NCBI GenBank assembly: GCA_965662175.1
Contig: CBFIGT010000072.1
Span: forward strand, 1-11,449
DNA length: 11,449 bases
Reading direction: 5' to 3'
DNA from: Arcobacter sp.
GTDB lineage: Bacteria > Campylobacterota > Campylobacteria > Campylobacterales > Arcobacteraceae
Below the pieces are notes generated by a model. That model was not told the DNA's origin. It was given only the letters and a program-made list of their open reading frames with translations, and made no database searches. The position numbers were made by a program, and so were the translations under genes. Shown in pieces: positions 7,542 to 11,449 of this stretch (its first letter is position 1; the number at the start of each line of letters is the position of its first letter).

Positions 7542-8678
7542 TTAAATCCACTCAGATGCGATATCTATTATTTGGTCACAAATATAATTAACACTATCAT
7601 CACTAAGACCTGGATAAATAGGAATAGATAAGATTTGTTGATATGAAGTTAAAGCAGAGCCAAATTCTGTAATTTTAATATTATATTTTGTTTTATAGTA
7701 GTTTAATAAATGTAAAGGAATATAGTTAAGTCCTGTACTAATACCTCTATCTTTTAACTCTCTTGCAAAAGCATCTCTATTTCTTGATATTTTAATAATA
7801 TAATGTGTAAAAATATGTTCCTCTTTTTGTTTTGGAATCGCTATATGTTTTACACCTGTTAATCTCTCTTTATAGATTTTAGCAATCTCTTTTCTTCTTT
7901 TTATAAAGCTATTAGTTTTTTTCAATTGTGCTAAAGAAAATGCTGCATCAAGTTCACTTAAATCATATTTATGTCCAATATCAACAACATCATAAATATA
8001 ATCTAAATTTCCATACTCATCATAAGTAGTAGTAACAGCATGAGTTCTAAGAAGTTTTGCTCTTGTTGCTAACTCTTCGTTATTTGTAACAATAACACCA
8101 CAGTTTGATACATCTGTTCTACCATTTGATGGATTTGTTGAAAATACTGTCATATCAGCATCTAATGAACCTACTGTTTCATCATTGTATGTTACACCAA
8201 GTGCTGAGGTACAATCTTCAATTAAGATTATTCCATACTTTTTACAAATAGTATAAAGTCTAGCCAAATCAGGAGTTTGTCCCGCAACAAAAGAGATAAT
8301 TGCACCTCTTAATTTTTTTGAACTATTAGCCTCTAATGCTTTTTCAAACTTATTTAAATCTATATTCATATCATCAACATTGATATCAATAAAAATTGGC
8401 TCAGCATCAAAATGTCTTACAACCTCAGGTACATTTACAAAAGAGTTTACAGACATAAGAATCTTATCACCTCTTTTAAGTTTTATTGCACTTAAGGCTA
8501 AATGTAAAGCTGCTGTTCCATTACAAGTGGAAATAGCATACCTAGCACCAATAAAGTTTGCAACATTCTCTTCAAACTCAGTTACTTTTGAAGTATCCTT
8601 CTTAAGTTCTAATACTGATTTTAATTCATTTAATTCCTCTTCTCCAACAGAAGACTTATAAAAAGCTATATCTCTCAT
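7542..8678 (-). CDS. DegT/DnrJ/EryC1/StrS-family (fold-type I) aminotransferase-like protein lacking the canonical catalytic Lys
   Basis: FEE..A.FIGA, NGTAALHLAL, GDKI, PIFIDI, LIEDC, GHKY.LSEL.AA..LAQL, RR.EIA..Y, YIPLH, LSIPIYPGL; the FSFxxxK motif reads FSTNPSN. Confidence 0.88.
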   Translation of the reverse strand: MRDIAFYKSSVGEEELNELKSVLELKKDTSKVTEFEENVANFIGARYAISTCNGTAALHLALSAIKLKRGDKILMSVNSFVNVPEVVRHFDAEPIFIDINVDDMNIDLNKFEKALEANSSKKLRGAIISFVAGQTPDLARLYTICKKYGIILIEDCTSALGVTYNDETVGSLDADMTVFSTNPSNGRTDVSNCGVIVTNNEELATRAKLLRTHAVTTTYDEYGNLDYIYDVVDIGHKYDLSELDAAFSLAQLKKTNSFIKRRKEIAKIYKERLTGVKHIAIPKQKEEHIFTHYIIKISRNRDAFARELKDRGISTGLNYIPLHLLNYYKTKYNIKITEFGSALTSYQQILSIPIYPGLSDDSVNYICDQIIDIASEWI

Positions 8679-8679
8679 T

Positions 8680-9438
8680 TTAACTCCATTTAATTTTTGC
8701 TATTTTTGGCAATTCACCTTTAAAGGCATTTGCTTTTATTCTATATATACAATTATCTACAATCTTTTTTTCAAATCCTAAATTAATAATCTCTTCTTCA
8801 CTCTTTTTTTCATCAACAAGAAACTTTAAAACAGTATCAAGCTCTTTATAAGAGTGGCCTAAATCATCTTCATCACTTTGACCTTCCCATAAATCAGCAC
8901 TTGGTTTTTTATTTAAAATAGAATCAGTTACGCCTAAATACTTGGCAAACTCATACTCATCACTTTTATAAATTTCACCTATTGGATTTATTGCACAGGC
9001 AATATCTCCAAAAATTGTTCCATAACCTAAAAGTAGTTCGCTTTTATTTGAAGTACCAACTACAAGTGATTTATCCCTTGCACTAATATCATATAATACC
9101 GACATTCTAACTCTTGCACTAAAATTACCAATTCTAAGTTTATCGTTATTCATAAATTTTTCATGGGCGCTTATCATTGGTGCTATTTGAACTATTTCAT
9201 AATCTATATTATATTTTTCACATAATTCAACTGCATCACTTATACTTGAATCACTTGAATAGTGTGAGGGCATAAGCACACAAGAGATATTATTTCCAAA
9301 TGCCTCTTTACACAAAAGTGCTACTACAGCAGAATCCAAACCACCTGATAAACCAACAGTTACTCTATTTAAACCTGATTTTGAGATTTCTTCTTTTAAA
9401 AATGTTATTAATTGTTCTTTAATATCCTTCCAATCCAT
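8680..9438 (-). CDS. nadE: NH3-dependent NAD+ synthetase
   Basis: VGLSGGLDSAV (PP-loop), GNFSARVRM, VGTSNKSE, GYGTIFGD, NPIGEIYKS, KKPSADLWEGQSDE; no glutaminase domain; RBS AAAGGA (9447-9452, - strand). Confidence 0.97.
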   Translation of the reverse strand: MDWKDIKEQLITFLKEEISKSGLNRVTVGLSGGLDSAVVALLCKEAFGNNISCVLMPSHYSSDSSISDAVELCEKYNIDYEIVQIAPMISAHEKFMNNDKLRIGNFSARVRMSVLYDISARDKSLVVGTSNKSELLLGYGTIFGDIACAINPIGEIYKSDEYEFAKYLGVTDSILNKKPSADLWEGQSDEDDLGHSYKELDTVLKFLVDEKKSEEEIINLGFEKKIVDNCIYRIKANAFKGELPKIAKIKWS

Positions 9439-9457
9439 AATTTTTATCCTTTGATAA

Positions 9458-9463
9458 ATTCTA
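9458..9463 (-). promoter_or_regulatory. Putative internal -10 (gaTAGAAT) upstream of nadE
   Basis: Minus strand reads TAGATAGAATTTATCAAAGGATAAAAATTATG; same TAGATAGAAT string as upstream of aroE. Confidence 0.4.
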
Positions 9464-9464
9464 T

Positions 9465-9674
9465 CTAATTTATTTTTGTTTTTTCATAAATTTCTTCTAA
9501 ATAATCTTTATTATTTTCTTTAAATCGCTCTTTTTTTCTAATCAGGTTATCTTTTATATCATATAACTCTTCCAAATCAAAATAATCTAAAAGTTTTGGA
9601 TTTATATCAACTTTTTCTCCAGCTACTGAAATTAATGTTTTAATTTCATTTATTACATACTCTTTTTCTTCCAT
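9465..9674 (-). CDS. Small charged hypothetical protein (about 69 aa, MEEKEYVINEIKTLIS...)
   Basis: Fills the gap in a packed minus-strand cluster. ATG at 9674 lies 4 nt after the upstream TAG (9679-9681), so it is preferred over the ORF-track start at 9698. No recognisable motif. Confidence 0.7.
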   Translation of the reverse strand: MEEKEYVINEIKTLISVAGEKVDINPKLLDYFDLEELYDIKDNLIRKKERFKENNKDYLEEIYEKTKIN

Positions 9675-9678
9675 AAAC

Positions 9679-9906
9679 CTACTTTTTAAATTTATCAAAT
9701 ATAGTTGTTAAATATAACTCCATTTTTTCTTCACCAAAATCTTTTTCACTAGAAACACAACAACCACAACAAGTTCCTGCATCAGTTTTTTGACCAATTT
9801 CCTCAATACTATTTGCGTTATTCTCTTTAATTGAGTGTAGTATCTCCCCAAGAGTTACATGTTTACATTTACAAACTTCATATGAATGGTGAAATTTTCT
9901 AGACAT
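9679..9906 (-). CDS. Bfd-like [2Fe-2S]-binding protein
   Basis: VC12-K-C14 ... AGTCC47-GC-C50: CxC-x32-CxxC spacing of the Fer2_BFD domain, with the T.AGT.C..C signature. Confidence 0.85.
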   Translation of the reverse strand: MSRKFHHSYEVCKCKHVTLGEILHSIKENNANSIEEIGQKTDAGTCCGCCVSSEKDFGEEKMELYLTTIFDKFKK

Positions 9907-10117
9907 TTTTAAACTCCTTTAATACATCCAAACAATAAATCTTTTTCTTAATCTTTCCAAAATCACCCTCTTCCATAAGACAGTGTCTACACTCAGTCCC
10001 TGCGTGTGTTTTTTCTTGTAAATCTCTTAAGCTAGATGAATTACTCTCTTTTATATCTTTTATAGTAACTTTTATACAGTTACAAACCTCATAATTTTCC
10101 TCAAATTTTTCCAACAA
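9899..10117 (-). CDS. Bfd-like [2Fe-2S]-binding protein, paralogue of the adjacent gene
   Basis: VC12-N-C14 ... THAGTEC43-RH-C46 (CxC-x28-CxxC); TTG start with AGGGG RBS inside the end of the upstream gene; overlaps the next gene by 8 nt. Confidence 0.8.
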   Translation of the reverse strand: MLEKFEENYEVCNCIKVTIKDIKESNSSSLRDLQEKTHAGTECRHCLMEEGDFGKIKKKIYCLDVLKEFKNV

Positions 10118-10121
10118 GAGT

Positions 10122-10874
10122 TTATCCCCTACTTTTTTTAATCATTTCATACGCTTCATTTATCTCTTGAAGCTTTTTAGTTGCCTCATCAATAATATTT
10201 TGACTAGCACCCTGCCCTGAAATAATATCAGGATGATGTTTTTTAACCAATCTTCTATAATTATTTTTAATAGTTTTATCATCATCTTCTTTTGAAGATT
10301 CTAATATACTATAGGCTTGTTCTATGCTTGTTGCATGACTTTGAGCTTGATTAGCATAAAAGTTTTTAAACATATTTACAAGATTATCAAAATCAGCACT
10401 TTTTATTTGTAATGCATTTGCAATATCTTCACAAATCATAAGTTCAGTATCACTAAACTCTTTATCAATAAAAGCAAGATTTAATAAATATTCTAAAATC
10501 TTTACTCTTTTTTGGTAGTCACTTTTTGTAAGTTTAAATAGTTTTGCACATAAATCTAATGTATTTTCAAAACTTTTCTTCTCTTCATTATAGATATTTT
10601 TAAGTTTTTCTCTTATCTCATCACTATCTTTAAAATGACTTGAAATATCTGTAAATGTATGTTTAAGCATCTCAGCTTCAAGCTCACAAACTGTACCATC
10701 AGCTTTTGAAACCTTTGCCATAAGTGCAACTAATAATCCTGCTTCATGATGCATTAAATCACCATGAAAATCCTCTTTAATATTAAGCTTTATATTTTCA
10801 AACTTTTCTGTTTTATAGTTTCTTGCTATAAAATACAAAACAACACCAATAAATAGTAAAACTAATAACTTCAT
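10122..10874 (-). CDS. djlA: DjlA-like co-chaperone: N-terminal membrane anchor, TerB-like domain, C-terminal J domain
   Basis: Hydrophobic N-terminus; LMAKVSKADG.V..LE and LAFID..FS..E TerB-type motifs; AYSIL...IKNNYRRLVKKHHPD...KLQEINEAYE J domain with HPD. Confidence 0.88.
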   Translation of the reverse strand: MKLLVLLFIGVVLYFIARNYKTEKFENIKLNIKEDFHGDLMHHEAGLLVALMAKVSKADGTVCELEAEMLKHTFTDISSHFKDSDEIREKLKNIYNEEKKSFENTLDLCAKLFKLTKSDYQKRVKILEYLLNLAFIDKEFSDTELMICEDIANALQIKSADFDNLVNMFKNFYANQAQSHATSIEQAYSILESSKEDDDKTIKNNYRRLVKKHHPDIISGQGASQNIIDEATKKLQEINEAYEMIKKSRG

Positions 10875-10895
10875 TTAATACCTTTTTAAATAATT

Positions 10896-10925
10896 AGATA
10901 AATTTTATCAAAAATTAGGTAAAAT
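10896..10925. promoter_or_regulatory. Back-to-back divergent -10 boxes for the djlA cluster (-, gaTAAAAT at 10902-10907) and tatBC (+, ggTAAAAT at 10920-10925)
   Basis: Both match gnTAnAAT and lie about 30 nt from their start codons; RBS AAAGG (-) and GGAG (+) present. Confidence 0.5.
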
Positions 10926-10956
10926 CTCTCCTTTAATAAATGAATGGAGATAAAAT

Positions 10957-11397
10957 ATGTTTGGAATGGGATTTATGGAAATCTTCTTGATTGCCATTGT
11001 TGCAATTATTGCACTGGGACCTGAAAAATTACCAGATGCTATGGTACAAGTCGCTAGGTTTTTCAAAAAATTTAAAAGTGGAATTGAAGATGCAAAATCA
11101 ACTCTAGACAATGAACTAAATATCTCAGATATGAAAGCTGAAGCTAATAAATTTAAAGAACAAATCGAAGATGCAAAATCTTCAGTAACAAATTTTGATG
11201 AGTTTGATTTAGGTGTAAAAGATATTTTAAATGATGATGAGACTAAATCAGAGAAGAAAAAAGAGAATATAGCTTTAAATGAAAATAAAACAAATGATAT
11301 AAAAAAAGAGAGTGAAACTCCAGCTGAAAATATTTCAAATGATAGTGATAAATTTAAAGTAAAAAGAAAAGAGAAAAAAGAAGAGGATATGGCTTAA
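10957..11397 (+). CDS. tatB: Sec-independent protein translocase subunit TatB
   Basis: MFGMGFMEIFLIAIVAIIALGPEKLP (Glu8, GPxxLP hinge), amphipathic helix, long charged tail; directly upstream of tatC. Confidence 0.93.
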   Translation: MFGMGFMEIFLIAIVAIIALGPEKLPDAMVQVARFFKKFKSGIEDAKSTLDNELNISDMKAEANKFKEQIEDAKSSVTNFDEFDLGVKDILNDDETKSEKKKENIALNENKTNDIKKESETPAENISNDSDKFKVKRKEKKEEDMA

Positions 11398-11449
11398 TGT
11401 TAGAAGATTTAAAACCACATATTGCTGATCTTAGAAAAAGGCTTATGGT
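11397..11449 (+). CDS. tatC: 5' end (partial) of twin-arginine translocase subunit TatC
   Basis: Not in the ORF track. TAATG overlap with the tatB stop; reads MLEDLKPHIADLRKRLM, matching the TatC 'HLxELRxRL' N-terminal motif. Confidence 0.9.
   Translation, partial: MLEDLKPHIADLRKRLM

Noticed and set aside
7030..8661. Plus-strand ORFs 7030-7239 and 8380-8661
   Set aside because: Antisense shadows within lpxK and the DegT-family gene.
7542..8678. Calling the DegT-family gene pseC/arnB/pglE, or a pseudogene
   Set aside because: No pathway neighbours or catalytic Lys to justify a specific name; no frameshift or truncation to justify pseudogene.
9675..9698. ORF-track start at 9698 for the small hypothetical
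   Set aside because: Would overlap the upstream gene by 20 nt; ATG at 9674 just after the upstream stop is more plausible.
10122..10874. Tellurite-resistance or defence locus based on the TerB-like domain
   Set aside because: Anchor-TerB-J architecture is ordinary DjlA; no other ter genes present.
10908..11111. 67-aa minus-strand ORF
   Set aside because: Antisense to tatB and its promoter; no motif.

Overview
AT-rich housekeeping region of a Campylobacterota chromosome, most consistent with Arcobacteraceae (inferred from gene content, gene order and gnTAnAAT-type promoters). Order: 5' end of a malic enzyme (-), PgeF/YfiH-family protein (-), aroE (+), a P2A-like cation P-type ATPase (+), a UPF0323-like lipoprotein coupled to a glutathionylspermidine-synthase-like ATP-grasp ligase (+), a tightly packed minus-strand cluster (DjlA-like TerB/J-domain protein, two Bfd-like [2Fe-2S] paralogues, small hypothetical, nadE, DegT-family protein, lpxK), then divergent tatB and the start of tatC (+). 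No mobile element, CRISPR, tRNA or rRNA was seen. Best leads: (1) the lipoprotein with a Gly-Gly C-terminus paired with a Gly-carboxylate-activating ligase, a possible protein-tail modification system; (2) a DegT-fold protein lacking the PLP Schiff-base lysine between nadE and lpxK; (3) tandem stand-alone NifU/Bfd-like Fe-S proteins behind a J-domain protein; (4) repeated operator-like motifs in intergenic DNA. All calls are by motif recognition; no searches were run.
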